Of a stretch of DNA of 64,000 nt, positions 9,187-18,350 are shown piece after piece. Origin of the DNA: Anaerolineae bacterium (GTDB lineage Bacteria; Chloroflexota; Anaerolineae; Anaerolineales; Villigracilaceae); the NCBI GenBank assembly GCA_003130845.1, contig QEXW01000025.1, forward strand, positions 1,962 through 65,961. Reading direction: 5' to 3'. A program made the translations under genes and the position numbers. The notes beneath the pieces were generated by a model. It had not been told where the DNA came from. It saw only the letters and a list, made by a program, of their open reading frames with translations, and ran no database searches. Each line of letters opens with the position of its first letter. The stretch's first letter is position 1.

Positions 9187-9216
9187 AAAATGGTCCTCGT
9201 TAAAGAGGACCATTTT
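9187..9216. terminator. bidirectional rho-independent terminator
   Basis: AAAATGGTCCTC-gttaaa-GAGGACCATTTT, a perfect 12-bp stem flanked by A/T runs, between convergent genes. Confidence 0.8.
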
Positions 9217-12007
9217 ACCCTAGCCAGCGTTCAGCCAGTTTGGGCAAATCGGCGGCGTTGCCCTGGCGCAGGGTGCATTGGGGCAAACTCTCGATGAACA
9301 AACGCCCATACTGTTTGGTTAGCACGCGCCGGTCGAGGATGGCAACAACGCCTCGGTCGCTGGCTGTGCGAATCAGGCGGCCAAATCCTTGCCGGAACTT
9401 GAGAATGGCTTCGGGAATTTGATATTCGTTAAACGGGTCTTCAAAGGTTTCGGAACGCGCCGCAATGATTGGGTCGGAAGGCACCTCGAAAGGCAATTTG
9501 GTGATGATGACGACTGAAAGCGAATCGCCCGGCACGTCAACCCCTTCCCAAAACGAGCGCGTTCCTAGTAAAACGGCTTGGGGACTGGCTTTGAAGGCCT
9601 CCAGCAGAGCGGCCGGGCTGGCGCCTTCGCCTTGTTCATAGACCTGAATTTCACGCTGACTGAGAGGGCGCGCAATGGCTTGTGAAGCGCGCTTGAGTTG
9701 GGCATAACTGGTGAATAAAGCCAACATGCGCCCGCCGGTGGCGAGGGCGGTCTGGAGAATGGTGCGGTTAATGGCCTGCTCGTAGCCCGGCTGATTGGGT
9801 TCTGGGATGTCTTTGGCCAAAAAGAGCAAGGTGGAATTTTCGTAATCGTAGGGCGAGCCAAGGGTCAGTTCGTCGGCTTCGTCGGCATGTAGCACGTTGC
9901 GCAGGTAGGTGAAATCGCCGGCGGCGGTTAAGGTGGCTGATGTCAAAATGACCGATTCTTTTTCGTGCCATAGGTATTTTTCGATGAGCGGCCCCACGCG
10001 CAGCGGTGCGGTGTTGAGGGTCAGACGGTTACTTTGGGGCTGAACTTCTATCCAGTAAATCGTCTCGCGGTTGGGCTTGCTAATCATACCGGTGATGGCG
10101 GCTTCGGTTTCGCTTAAGCGTCGGTGGAGACTGCTCAGGGCGCCGGTGGCATCTTCCAGTTCTTCTAAGCCGCTGCTGTACAGTTCTGCGGCGGCTTTGT
10201 AGAGTTCGCCAATCAGATTCACCAGCAGCGCCATAGTTTCGGCAGCCGTCCCCCATGAAATTTCGATGTTGTCCCAACCGGGTTGTGTGCGGCTGGCGGG
10301 AAGAATGCGGGTGGAAAAAGCGTACAGGCTTTGCGGTCGGCCTTGCTGTTGGTAGGCCATGAACTCGCTGAGTGCGTAGAAGAAATCGCGGCTGTAACTG
10401 TCGAGCCGAAAGGCTGTGTCGCTGGCGCGGGAGGCGAGCTGCATCAACTTGGCATAATCGGTTGGGCGCACTTTGCCGTTGGCAATTGCCAGCAAATGCC
10501 CTAAAACACCACTCGATGTGCCGCCCACTTCTTTCAGCATCCGCTCGAAATCTTGCTGAGAGAGCCGAAAGGACATGGCGTTGGTGGTGGCACTTTCGAG
10601 ATGGTGCGCTTCGTCAATAATCAGATATTGATATTCTGGAATAACCCTGGAGCCAGAGGCTACATCGGAAAGCAATAAGGCATGGTTAACGACCAGGATG
10701 TGGGCACTGAGGGCAGCCTGGCGGGCGCGGTAAAAGGGGCATTCACCCCCCATGCGTCCGGCGCATGTCTCTGCGGTGCAACCATCATCTTCAGCCGAGA
10801 GCCGATTCCACACTTCGCGTTCGGAGGGTCGGTTAAGGTTGATGTCACTGCGGTCACCGCTGGCTTCACCCAAAGACCACACCAAAATTTTGGCCAGGAC
10901 GCGCATTTCATCGGGGGTTGCCGGCCCATTTTTGCGCATCAGTTGCAAGCGACGCGGGCAGAGATAATTAGAACGGCCTTTTAGCACGGCTGCACGTAAG
11001 TCAAGGCCAAGCGCATTGCGTACGGCTGGGATGTCTTTTTGAATCAGTTGGTCTTGCAGGTTAATGGTGTTGGTAGAGACAACCACACGGGTGCGGTTTT
11101 GAATGGCAAAAAGCGCTGCCGGAATGAGATAGGCAAATGATTTACCCACACCTGTCCCGGCCTCTACCATCAAGTGTCCGCTCCAGGAGAGGGCATTGCT
11201 CACGGCGCGCAGCATTTCCACCTGTTCTGGGCGATATTCATAATTTTCAAAGTAGCGTGAAAACGGGCCGTTGTACTCTAAGATCGAGGCGGTTTCATCC
11301 GGGTCGAGGGGGACGGCTTTTTCGACTAAACCAAGCGCTGGGCCGGGTTTGGTCGACGGACTAAATAATGGGCCGGTTTCTTCGTGTGTGCTAACCTTAC
11401 GGGCGCGAACCGATTCGCGTGAACGCCGGCGCAACGCTTGTTGGAAGGCATAATTGGCATCCCAATCGAGGGGTTCACCCAAGCGCACAATTTCGGCCAG
11501 CACTTCGAGCGGCAGTTCTGCCGCCAGGTCCATCAGGCGCAGATAAACGGCGTGCGTGACGCGCGCATCATCTAGCGCGCGATGGTTGGCCGGCAGCGGA
11601 ATCCCTAGCAGTTGTCCTAAAGCCGCCAGGTTATAGCGACTGGCCGTTGGCAACAGCACAGAAGCCAGTTCATACGTATCTATCACCGGGTTGAAGAGCA
11701 GAATGCGCTGTTTTTGCAAAAAACTCAGGTCGAAGCGCACGTTCTGCCCAAGCACAGGGCACTCGCCGACGAAGTCTTGCAAATCGGCGACTACTTCTGT
11801 CAGGCGCGGGGCATGACGTACCATCTCATCTTCTATGCCGGTCAGGGCGGTGATATTTTCGGGAATGTGACGGTTGGGGTTGATGAAGGTCGTCCATTCG
11901 TCTTCGATGCGGCGACCGTTAAACTTAATCGCCCCAATTTCGATGACCGCATCTTTATTGGGGTCCAAGCCGGTCGTTTCGATGTCTAGCGCTACAATAG
12001 AACTCAT
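9215..12007 (-). CDS. dinG: bifunctional DnaQ-like 3'-5' exonuclease / DinG-family Fe-S ATP-dependent DNA helicase
   Basis: N-terminal ExoI motif ALDIETTGL. Walker A EAGTGVGKS, DEAH box IIDEAHHL, and Cys cluster CTAETCAGRMGGECPFY. 930 aa. Confidence 0.85.
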   Translation of the reverse strand: MSSIVALDIETTGLDPNKDAVIEIGAIKFNGRRIEDEWTTFINPNRHIPENITALTGIEDEMVRHAPRLTEVVADLQDFVGECPVLGQNVRFDLSFLQKQRILLFNPVIDTYELASVLLPTASRYNLAALGQLLGIPLPANHRALDDARVTHAVYLRLMDLAAELPLEVLAEIVRLGEPLDWDANYAFQQALRRRSRESVRARKVSTHEETGPLFSPSTKPGPALGLVEKAVPLDPDETASILEYNGPFSRYFENYEYRPEQVEMLRAVSNALSWSGHLMVEAGTGVGKSFAYLIPAALFAIQNRTRVVVSTNTINLQDQLIQKDIPAVRNALGLDLRAAVLKGRSNYLCPRRLQLMRKNGPATPDEMRVLAKILVWSLGEASGDRSDINLNRPSEREVWNRLSAEDDGCTAETCAGRMGGECPFYRARQAALSAHILVVNHALLLSDVASGSRVIPEYQYLIIDEAHHLESATTNAMSFRLSQQDFERMLKEVGGTSSGVLGHLLAIANGKVRPTDYAKLMQLASRASDTAFRLDSYSRDFFYALSEFMAYQQQGRPQSLYAFSTRILPASRTQPGWDNIEISWGTAAETMALLVNLIGELYKAAAELYSSGLEELEDATGALSSLHRRLSETEAAITGMISKPNRETIYWIEVQPQSNRLTLNTAPLRVGPLIEKYLWHEKESVILTSATLTAAGDFTYLRNVLHADEADELTLGSPYDYENSTLLFLAKDIPEPNQPGYEQAINRTILQTALATGGRMLALFTSYAQLKRASQAIARPLSQREIQVYEQGEGASPAALLEAFKASPQAVLLGTRSFWEGVDVPGDSLSVVIITKLPFEVPSDPIIAARSETFEDPFNEYQIPEAILKFRQGFGRLIRTASDRGVVAILDRRVLTKQYGRLFIESLPQCTLRQGNAADLPKLAERWLG

Positions 12008-12013
12008 AGAGCA

Positions 12014-12022
12014 AGTTTACCA
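12014..12022 (-). promoter_or_regulatory. extended -10 (TGgTAAACT) 6 nt upstream of the dinG ATG (leaderless geometry)
   Basis: Minus strand reads TGGTAAACT-TGCTCT-ATG, with no Shine-Dalgarno. Confidence 0.35.
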
Positions 12023-12176
12023 TGAAACAGGTGTTCGAGATTGTGGATGATTTTGTTGTAGAATTGGTTTATCTGCGCCTTGTTGGGCAGCCAGCCACCT
12101 ATTGACTTCAAGCATACCGCGCTGAAACTACCGGTGGGCTTCTATTCAGAAAATTGACCGATTACAAAAAATCTCT

Positions 12177-13412
12177 ATGCTAAAAAACCTCGCCTTGCTG
12201 TTCATTTGTGCCGTGTTGGTGGCAGCGTGCTCTACGCCCTCCGCCACTGCGCCAACCCTGGTAGAAACGGCTGCTCCGGTGCTGCCGGTCGCTGCTTCTG
12301 CTACGCCCGAACGTCTGTGCGTAGATGCTCGTCAGCCCACGCCTGTTGTGCAGCAACCTTCGCTTTTTCCGCCGGTATCTTTGGAAGACCATGCGCGCGG
12401 CCAAGAAGGCGCTGCGGTGACGGTCATCATGTATAGTGATTTTCAATGTGGCGATTGTGCCAAAATTGCTGCCGCCTTGGATGCGATTCGTGTCCAATAT
12501 CCGGCTGAATTGCGCGTCATCTATCGCCACTATCCACTCGTCACGCGCTACGATAAAGCCCTGCTCACCTTACAAGCAAGCGAGGCGGCTCATATCCAGG
12601 GGAAGTTTTGGGAAATGCATGACCTGTTTTTTGCGCGCCAGGCCGAATGGCAGGCCATGTCGCCTGACGAGTTTAGGCGGTGGCTAATCGCACAAATTAC
12701 CGTTCTGGGCTTGGATGTGGAACGTTATCAACGCGACCTGAACGGCGACGCGGTGCGCGAGGCTGTGATGCGTGCTACGCAAACCAGCCAACAATTTGGG
12801 CAGTTGCCGTTGCCGCTCTTGCTGATTAATGGGGAAATCGTCAAAAATCCATACATCCTGGTTAATCTCGAGCAATTGATTCATCTTTACGCTCTGCCTG
12901 CCCGGCAGTTTAGCACTTGCCCACCTATGGTGATTGACCCAGCCAAAACCTACACGGCTACACTAGAAACCAGCCAGGGCAAAGTGACGTTGCGTTTGTT
13001 TGCCGAGAGAGCGCCCAATACTGTCAACAACTTCATCTTCTTAGCGCAAAATGGCTGGTACGATAACGTCCCTTTTCACCAAGTGGTGCCGGGTGTGTTG
13101 GCGCTGACGGGTGACCCGAGCGGAACCGGTTTGGGAAACCCCGGTTACTTTATCCCCGATGAGATTGTCTCGTCACTCCAATTTGACCGTGCTGGTTTGG
13201 TAGCCATGTTTAACGTTGGGCCAGGTAGTAACGGTAGCCAGTTCTTCATTACACTGGGGCCACAACCTGATTTTAATGGCCGTTATACCATCTTTGGTGA
13301 AGTGACCGACGGATTGGATGTGTTCAACCGTTTTGCCCCGCGCGCTGCCGGTTTGAATCTCACCAACCAGCAACCGGAGATGCTGCTGACGGTAAGAATT
13401 GAGGAACGTTGA
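12177..13412 (+). CDS. lipoprotein fusing a DsbA-like thioredoxin domain to a cyclophilin-type peptidyl-prolyl isomerase
   Basis: Lipobox LVAACS. VTVIMYSDFQCGDCAKI (CxxC) in the N-terminal half. The C-terminal half FAERAPNTVNNFIFLAQNGWYDNVPFHQV...GSNGSQFFITL is cyclophilin. Confidence 0.8.
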   Translation: MLKNLALLFICAVLVAACSTPSATAPTLVETAAPVLPVAASATPERLCVDARQPTPVVQQPSLFPPVSLEDHARGQEGAAVTVIMYSDFQCGDCAKIAAALDAIRVQYPAELRVIYRHYPLVTRYDKALLTLQASEAAHIQGKFWEMHDLFFARQAEWQAMSPDEFRRWLIAQITVLGLDVERYQRDLNGDAVREAVMRATQTSQQFGQLPLPLLLINGEIVKNPYILVNLEQLIHLYALPARQFSTCPPMVIDPAKTYTATLETSQGKVTLRLFAERAPNTVNNFIFLAQNGWYDNVPFHQVVPGVLALTGDPSGTGLGNPGYFIPDEIVSSLQFDRAGLVAMFNVGPGSNGSQFFITLGPQPDFNGRYTIFGEVTDGLDVFNRFAPRAAGLNLTNQQPEMLLTVRIEER

Positions 13413-14665
13413 ATCATACGGAAGAACGCCCCTCTGTGCTAGTCAATTGGCCGACACTGCTGATGGGTCTCTCGCTTGCAGTGAGTGCCTTCGGCTTGCT
13501 GGTCATTTCTGGGTGCTTGGCTTTGCTCAGCCTGAGCACCCTCTCTACGTTTGGGCCGCAAGATACGCTCACCATCTTGATGTTGGCAGCCGGCACGTTT
13601 GCGTTGGGTTTGTTGCTTGTGCCTGGCGCGTACCTGAATGCCCAGAAAGTTTTTAATTGGACAGAACCTGGTTGGGCTTGGCTACAAGTCAGACCTAGGT
13701 TACCTACGGCAATCCTGCTGATGATTTGGGTTGTTAGCTTGGCTTTGGGACAAGCCCTGGCGGCTCATCGGGTATTCTCTTTGGTCTTTCTGCCGGTCAT
13801 CAACACCTTTGCGCTCATCTTACCTGTTGCTATTGCGTTGCGTCTGGTTTTGAAGGACCTGCCTTGGCCCTCTGCGCGCCGTGCTTGGAGTATCTTTGGG
13901 GCCAGTGCCATGCTCGGCCCGGGTTTAGCAATTTTTTTGGAATTGTTTGCTTTGCTCGGTTTTGTTTTGCTTCTCATGCTGTATGCTGCCTCTACCCCCG
14001 GCTTGGATGATGTCTTCCGCACTTTGCTTGAAGAGTTGCGAAGTGAAACGACTGCGGGTGATTTTACTTCACAACAAATGACCACCCTATTGCTTTCTCC
14101 GGGGGCGGTTGTGCTAGTGTTGGGTCTGTTTGCCGTCGTTATTCCTATCGTAGAGGAGATTTGCAAGGTTTTTTTGTTATGGTTCTACGCTGGCAAAATG
14201 CGCTCTCCTGTAGAAGGTTTTGTGGCGGGGGTTTTGTGTGGAGCTGCTTTTGCTTTGGCCGAAAACGTTGGTTTTTCTAGCGCAGGCGCCGAAGACTGGC
14301 TGTTGAATGTTCTGACGCGCGTCACAGCGGTTCTGCCACACATATTTAATTCCGGCTTGGTTGGTTGGGGATTGGTGCTGGCCTGGCAACGGCGCGATTA
14401 CGTTCGGTTCGGGCTGGCATACCTGGCGGCGACTCTCGTGCATGGTGTTTGGAATGCGTTAAGCGTAGCCTTGGCGTTTCATTCGATTGGCGGGTTGACT
14501 GCAGGGGTTTCTCCGCTGATTGAAACGCCCTTGCCTGCACTCATCACTTGGTTTCTACTCGTCTTTGGCATTTTGGGGGGGCTGTTCTTGGCCAACCATC
14601 AGGTGCGCAAACAGGCTGTAAGCGAGGGGAATGCCGATGTGGGGTATAATCTCCCTTCGTCTTAA
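13409..14665 (+). CDS. PrsW-family intramembrane metalloprotease
   Basis: Polytopic protein. Motifs VEEICK, FALAEN and HGVWN match PrsW (PF13367-like). The TTG start overlaps the upstream stop (TTGA). An alternative ATG is at 13463. Confidence 0.65.
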   Translation: MNHTEERPSVLVNWPTLLMGLSLAVSAFGLLVISGCLALLSLSTLSTFGPQDTLTILMLAAGTFALGLLLVPGAYLNAQKVFNWTEPGWAWLQVRPRLPTAILLMIWVVSLALGQALAAHRVFSLVFLPVINTFALILPVAIALRLVLKDLPWPSARRAWSIFGASAMLGPGLAIFLELFALLGFVLLLMLYAASTPGLDDVFRTLLEELRSETTAGDFTSQQMTTLLLSPGAVVLVLGLFAVVIPIVEEICKVFLLWFYAGKMRSPVEGFVAGVLCGAAFALAENVGFSSAGAEDWLLNVLTRVTAVLPHIFNSGLVGWGLVLAWQRRDYVRFGLAYLAATLVHGVWNALSVALAFHSIGGLTAGVSPLIETPLPALITWFLLVFGILGGLFLANHQVRKQAVSEGNADVGYNLPSS

Positions 14666-15333
14666 TGACTCTGGAGATGATTATGGAACTGTTAAATCTT
14701 GGCGTGGACATGCTTTTGCACATGGACGAATATCTGGCGCAGATGATAGGCCAGTTTGGCGTGTTCACGTATGCCCTGTTATTTATTGTGATTTTTGTTG
14801 AAACGGGCTTGGTCATCACCCCCTTTCTCCCTGGCGATTCGCTCCTGTTTGCTGCGGGAACCTTTGCTGCGCTGGGTGACTTGAACCCGTTGTTGCTGTT
14901 TGGCATATTGGCCGTTGCGGCTGTGCTGGGCGATACAGTCAATTATTGGATTGGTCATCGGGTGGGTGAGCGCGCTTATCATACCCGTTGGATTAAGCGC
15001 GAATATCTTGACCGTACGCATGCGTTTTTTGAGAAGCATGGCGGCAAAACCATCTTTTTGGCGCGTTTTGTGCCAATTGTGCGCACTTTTGCTCCCTTTG
15101 TTGCCGGTATGGGTGAGATGTCTTATCGGTATTTCATCTCGTATAACATCGTGGGCGGCGTAGTGTGGGTGGCGTTGTTCGTTTCGCTTGGCTTTTTCTT
15201 TGGGAATATCCCTTTTGTCCGCCATAACTTTGAAGTGGTCATCCTTGGCATTGTGTTCGTTTCCGTTCTGCCAGCGGTTTTCGAGTGGTGGAAAGCGCGG
15301 CGGGAAACAAATTTTTCATCTCAAACCAAATAA
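14665..15333 (+). CDS. DedA family membrane protein
   Basis: FVETGLVITPFLPGDSLLFAAG and ...FLARFVPIVRTFAPFVAG are typical of the DedA/VTT domain. The start overlaps the PrsW stop (TAATG). Confidence 0.85.
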   Translation: MTLEMIMELLNLGVDMLLHMDEYLAQMIGQFGVFTYALLFIVIFVETGLVITPFLPGDSLLFAAGTFAALGDLNPLLLFGILAVAAVLGDTVNYWIGHRVGERAYHTRWIKREYLDRTHAFFEKHGGKTIFLARFVPIVRTFAPFVAGMGEMSYRYFISYNIVGGVVWVALFVSLGFFFGNIPFVRHNFEVVILGIVFVSVLPAVFEWWKARRETNFSSQTK

Positions 15334-15349
15334 GGAACAAAAAATTTCC

Positions 15350-16234
15350 ATGAAAACCCCTCCTACCCGTACCTTACGCGGCTATTTCGGCGTTTCGTTG
15401 CGCGGCTTTCTGATGGGCATTGCCGATATTATTCCTGGCGTCTCAGGCGGAACAATGGCCTTCATTTTGGGCATTTATGATGAACTGATTGATGCTATCC
15501 GCGCCGTCGTTCCATTCTTGCGCAACTTGCTCGCCCTGCGCTGGCGTGAAGCCTTAGATGAGTTTCCATGGCGATTTTTATTGGCGTTAGGCATAGGCAT
15601 TGCAAGCGCCATCCTAAGCCTGGCAAACTTTATGCACTGGGCGCTGGATGAACACCCGACTCTGGTGTATTCGGTTTTCTTTGGGCTGATTGTAGCCTCA
15701 GTGTATGTGGTACGCCGCCGTGTGCGTGCATGGACTTTGCCCAATCTCCTGATGGTAGCCGTCTTTGCTGTGGGCGCATATCTGCTGATGGGTTTGCGCC
15801 CGGCCGAGACGCCCAATGCGTTGTGGTTCATTTTCCTGAGCGGCATGATTGCCATTTGTGCCATGATTTTGCCCGGCATTTCAGGGGCGTTCATTTTGGT
15901 TTTGCTGGGCAAATATCAATACATTCTCGGTGCGCTGGTTGGCTTGGATATTGTCACGGTTTTGGTGTTTATGGCCGGTGCGGCGGTGGGTATTGTCTCT
16001 TTTGCAAATTTACTGCGCTGGTTGCTCGATCATTTCCATGACTTAACTGTAGCCGCCCTGGTTGGCTTTATGCTTGGCTCCTTGCGCGAATTGTGGCCCT
16101 GGAAAGTGGAGAAGGTCAACATCTTGCCCACAGCCTTCACCGGTGAGGTGGCCCTAGCGCTTGGGCTGATGCTGGCCGGTTTCCTGGCAGTCATCATCAT
16201 CGAAACGATTGCCGAACGCCGTCAGGCACATTGA
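15350..16234 (+). CDS. DUF368 family membrane protein
   Basis: GIADIIPGVSGGTMAFILGIY and a second PGISGAFILVLLGKY half-repeat. The track ORF from 15188 overlaps dedA and was trimmed to ATG 15350. Confidence 0.75.
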   Translation: MKTPPTRTLRGYFGVSLRGFLMGIADIIPGVSGGTMAFILGIYDELIDAIRAVVPFLRNLLALRWREALDEFPWRFLLALGIGIASAILSLANFMHWALDEHPTLVYSVFFGLIVASVYVVRRRVRAWTLPNLLMVAVFAVGAYLLMGLRPAETPNALWFIFLSGMIAICAMILPGISGAFILVLLGKYQYILGALVGLDIVTVLVFMAGAAVGIVSFANLLRWLLDHFHDLTVAALVGFMLGSLRELWPWKVEKVNILPTAFTGEVALALGLMLAGFLAVIIIETIAERRQAH

Positions 16235-16260
16235 TGCCAATTGCGCTTGTCTTAACAGAA

Positions 16261-16294
16261 AAACGTGCGGAATCGCCTGCCGCACGTTTTTTTT
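16261..16294 (+). terminator. rho-independent terminator after the DUF368 gene
   Basis: ACGTGCGG-aatcgcctg-CCGCACGT followed by T8. Confidence 0.8.
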
Positions 16295-16312
16295 ATGGTA
16301 TCATTGCCTTGC

Positions 16313-16342
16313 CCAACTAGACTGACTGGTCAGTCTAGTTGG
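16313..16342. promoter_or_regulatory. 30-bp perfect inverted repeat, probable TetR operator
   Basis: CCAACTAGACTGAC-tg-GTCAGTCTAGTTGG ends 12 nt before the TetR ATG (16354). Confidence 0.7.
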
Positions 16343-16353
16343 CCTCACCAAAT

Positions 16354-16935
16354 ATGTCCGATACCCGCACCCGTATTTTAGAAGCTGCTGCACGCGTTTT
16401 TGCCGAAAAAGGCTACCACGAAACGCGCATGGATGATATTGTGGTAGCCTCCTCGGCCTCCAAAGGCTCGCTGTACTTTCATTTTCCGAATAAAGAAGAA
16501 ATCTTCTTTGGGCTGATAGAAACTTTCATCAGCCTGCTTGAATCGCGCCTAAAAGAGACTCTCTCTAGCGAGCAGCGTGGCATGGAACAACTTGACCTAG
16601 CCTTGCGAGAGAGCCTGCGGCTGTTTGAACAATATCGTGCCTTGGCAAAAATCGTCTTGGTTCAAGCAGTTGGATTGGGAGCGGCTTTTGAACAACGCCG
16701 CCGTGCCATCAATGACCGCTTTGTCGCTCTGATTCGTGAGCGCATTGAAAAAGGCATTCGCGATGGCAGCTTGCCGCCCCAAGACGCAGAGTTGACGGCC
16801 CGTGCTTGGGTGGGTGCGCTAAACGAAATTCTCGTCCATTGGATTTATACTGGCACGCCTAACTTACAAACCGCCCTGCCTGAAATTAAGGCCTTGTTGG
16901 CTCGTTCGGTTGGGGCAAAACAGAATAGTGAATAG
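16354..16935 (+). CDS. TetR/AcrR family transcriptional regulator
   Basis: N-terminal HTH: TRTRILEAAARVFAEKGYHETRMDDIVVASSASKGSLYFHFPNKEEIF. Confidence 0.9.
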   Translation: MSDTRTRILEAAARVFAEKGYHETRMDDIVVASSASKGSLYFHFPNKEEIFFGLIETFISLLESRLKETLSSEQRGMEQLDLALRESLRLFEQYRALAKIVLVQAVGLGAAFEQRRRAINDRFVALIRERIEKGIRDGSLPPQDAELTARAWVGALNEILVHWIYTGTPNLQTALPEIKALLARSVGAKQNSE

Positions 16936-16982
16936 GGAACATTTTTTTGTTCCTCAAAAATTTCACCCCTAAGAGAGAAAGA

Positions 16983-17927
16983 ATGAAACGCTTCCTTGTC
17001 TTTTTCACCCTTCTGGCGCTCTTGCTGACCGCCTGCGCCACCCCTGCCCCTGCCGAGGATGTCACCGTGCGCATTGCCGTCATCCCGGTCATTGATACAC
17101 TGCCGATGTTCGTGGCTGAAGCCGAGGGATTGTATGCTAAGCACGGCGTGAAGGTTGAACTTGTGCCGGTGGCATCTGCCCCCGAACGCGACCAATTGCT
17201 ACAGGCCGGTCAGGCCGATGGTACTCTGAACGAACTACTCTCGGTGATGCTCTTCAATCGCGAGAAAATTCAAATGCAGGCTGTCCGCTATGGTCACATG
17301 GCTTCGGAAGGCGCAGGGCATTTCTTCATCCTGGCTTCCGGGCAAAGTGGCATCACCGATGTTGCCCAATTGCGGGGTGTCGAAATTGGCATATCGCAAG
17401 GGACAATTATCGAATATTTGACAGACCGCTTGTTGGAGGCTGAAGGCTTTGCTCCCTCCGACATCAAATACGTTGCCGTACCCAAAATTCCTGACCGCAT
17501 GGCCTTGCTCGCTTCTGGCGAACTAAAAGCAGCCGTCATGCCCGACCCATTAGGAGGATTGGCCGTGCAACAGGGTGCAGTTGTCTTGCTGGATGACACA
17601 TCGTATCCGTTGCTGGGCGCTAGTGTCATTTCATTCCGCAAAGAATTTATTGACCAGCATCCCTCAGCCGTCAAAGCCTTTTTGGCTGCGATTGAAGAGG
17701 CGGTCACACGCATCAACAGCGAACCGAGTCGCTTTAGTGCGCTGCTCGCTGAAAAGAAAATGGTGCCACAACCCCTCATTGGGTCGTACACTGTTCCGAA
17801 ATTCCCGCTCAAGGGTGTTTCTTCCCTAGATGAATGGAATGATGTGTTGGCCTGGGCCAAAGGCAAAGGTTTGCTCAGTACGGATGTTTCATATCAGGAC
17901 TCGGTGACACCGGCCTTTTTGCCCTAG
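16983..17927 (+). CDS. ABC transporter substrate-binding lipoprotein (NMT1/THI5-like, NitT/TauT family)
   Basis: Lipobox LLLTAC. IAVIPVIDTLPMFVAEAEGLYAKHGVKVELV is typical of nitrate/sulfonate/bicarbonate-type SBPs. Confidence 0.75.
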   Translation: MKRFLVFFTLLALLLTACATPAPAEDVTVRIAVIPVIDTLPMFVAEAEGLYAKHGVKVELVPVASAPERDQLLQAGQADGTLNELLSVMLFNREKIQMQAVRYGHMASEGAGHFFILASGQSGITDVAQLRGVEIGISQGTIIEYLTDRLLEAEGFAPSDIKYVAVPKIPDRMALLASGELKAAVMPDPLGGLAVQQGAVVLLDDTSYPLLGASVISFRKEFIDQHPSAVKAFLAAIEEAVTRINSEPSRFSALLAEKKMVPQPLIGSYTVPKFPLKGVSSLDEWNDVLAWAKGKGLLSTDVSYQDSVTPAFLP

Positions 17928-18074
17928 TGAAAAGCAAATCCGAATTCTAAAATGCTTCTAAGCCTCCGGCGCTTTGTTTTGTGGCACCGATTCACGTGGA
18001 AATTTTCTGGGCTTTCTTTGCGTTGGCCTGCGTCTAATCTTAAAACTGTGCGGCGGCTAGCAATGCTTCAAAAC

Positions 18075-18107
18075 CAAGAACTGGCGAGGTCAACTCGCCA
18101 GTTCTTG
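18075..18107 (+). terminator. perfect 14-bp stem-loop in the SBP-ATPase gap (terminator-like, weak U-tract)
   Basis: CAAGAACTGGCGAG-gtcaa-CTCGCCAGTTCTTG followed by TGTGTAC. Confidence 0.4.
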
Positions 18108-18350
18108 TGTACAAGGGTGGATGGCAGGGTATAGATTCCTTAATTCAAGAACAGATGGCTGACTTGTGTGCAATCCTTCCCTCTGCAAACCAGGCTGGGC
18201 GATTCTCATGTTATGGAGATAGACAGGGAAAGTGAAATGCTCAACGTGTAGGCCCAGAGCGCAAATATTCTCCTATCCTAAGAGTGTAAAATGCGTTACG
18301 ATAAGCATCAACAGAAAGCAGAGTGGCTGCTCCTGTTTTAATCAAGATCT

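Noticed and set aside
15188-15349. N-terminal extensions suggested by the ORF track. Here it is 15188. Others are 1312, 6835, 8887, 16947, 29437, 32628, 35271, 41616, 47023, 49787, 52224 and 57754.
   Set aside because: The extended parts overlap the upstream gene, a terminator or a promoter. Internal ATGs give canonical N-termini (signal peptide/lipobox, conserved family start, RBS or ATGA coupling), so the coordinates were trimmed.
17952-18134. A 60-aa ORF in the SBP-ATPase gap, considered as a remnant of the missing ABC permease.
   Set aside because: The sequence (MLLSLRRFVLWHRFTWKF...) has no TM-helix pattern or EAA-loop-like motif. It ends in the 14-bp hairpin and is most likely non-coding.
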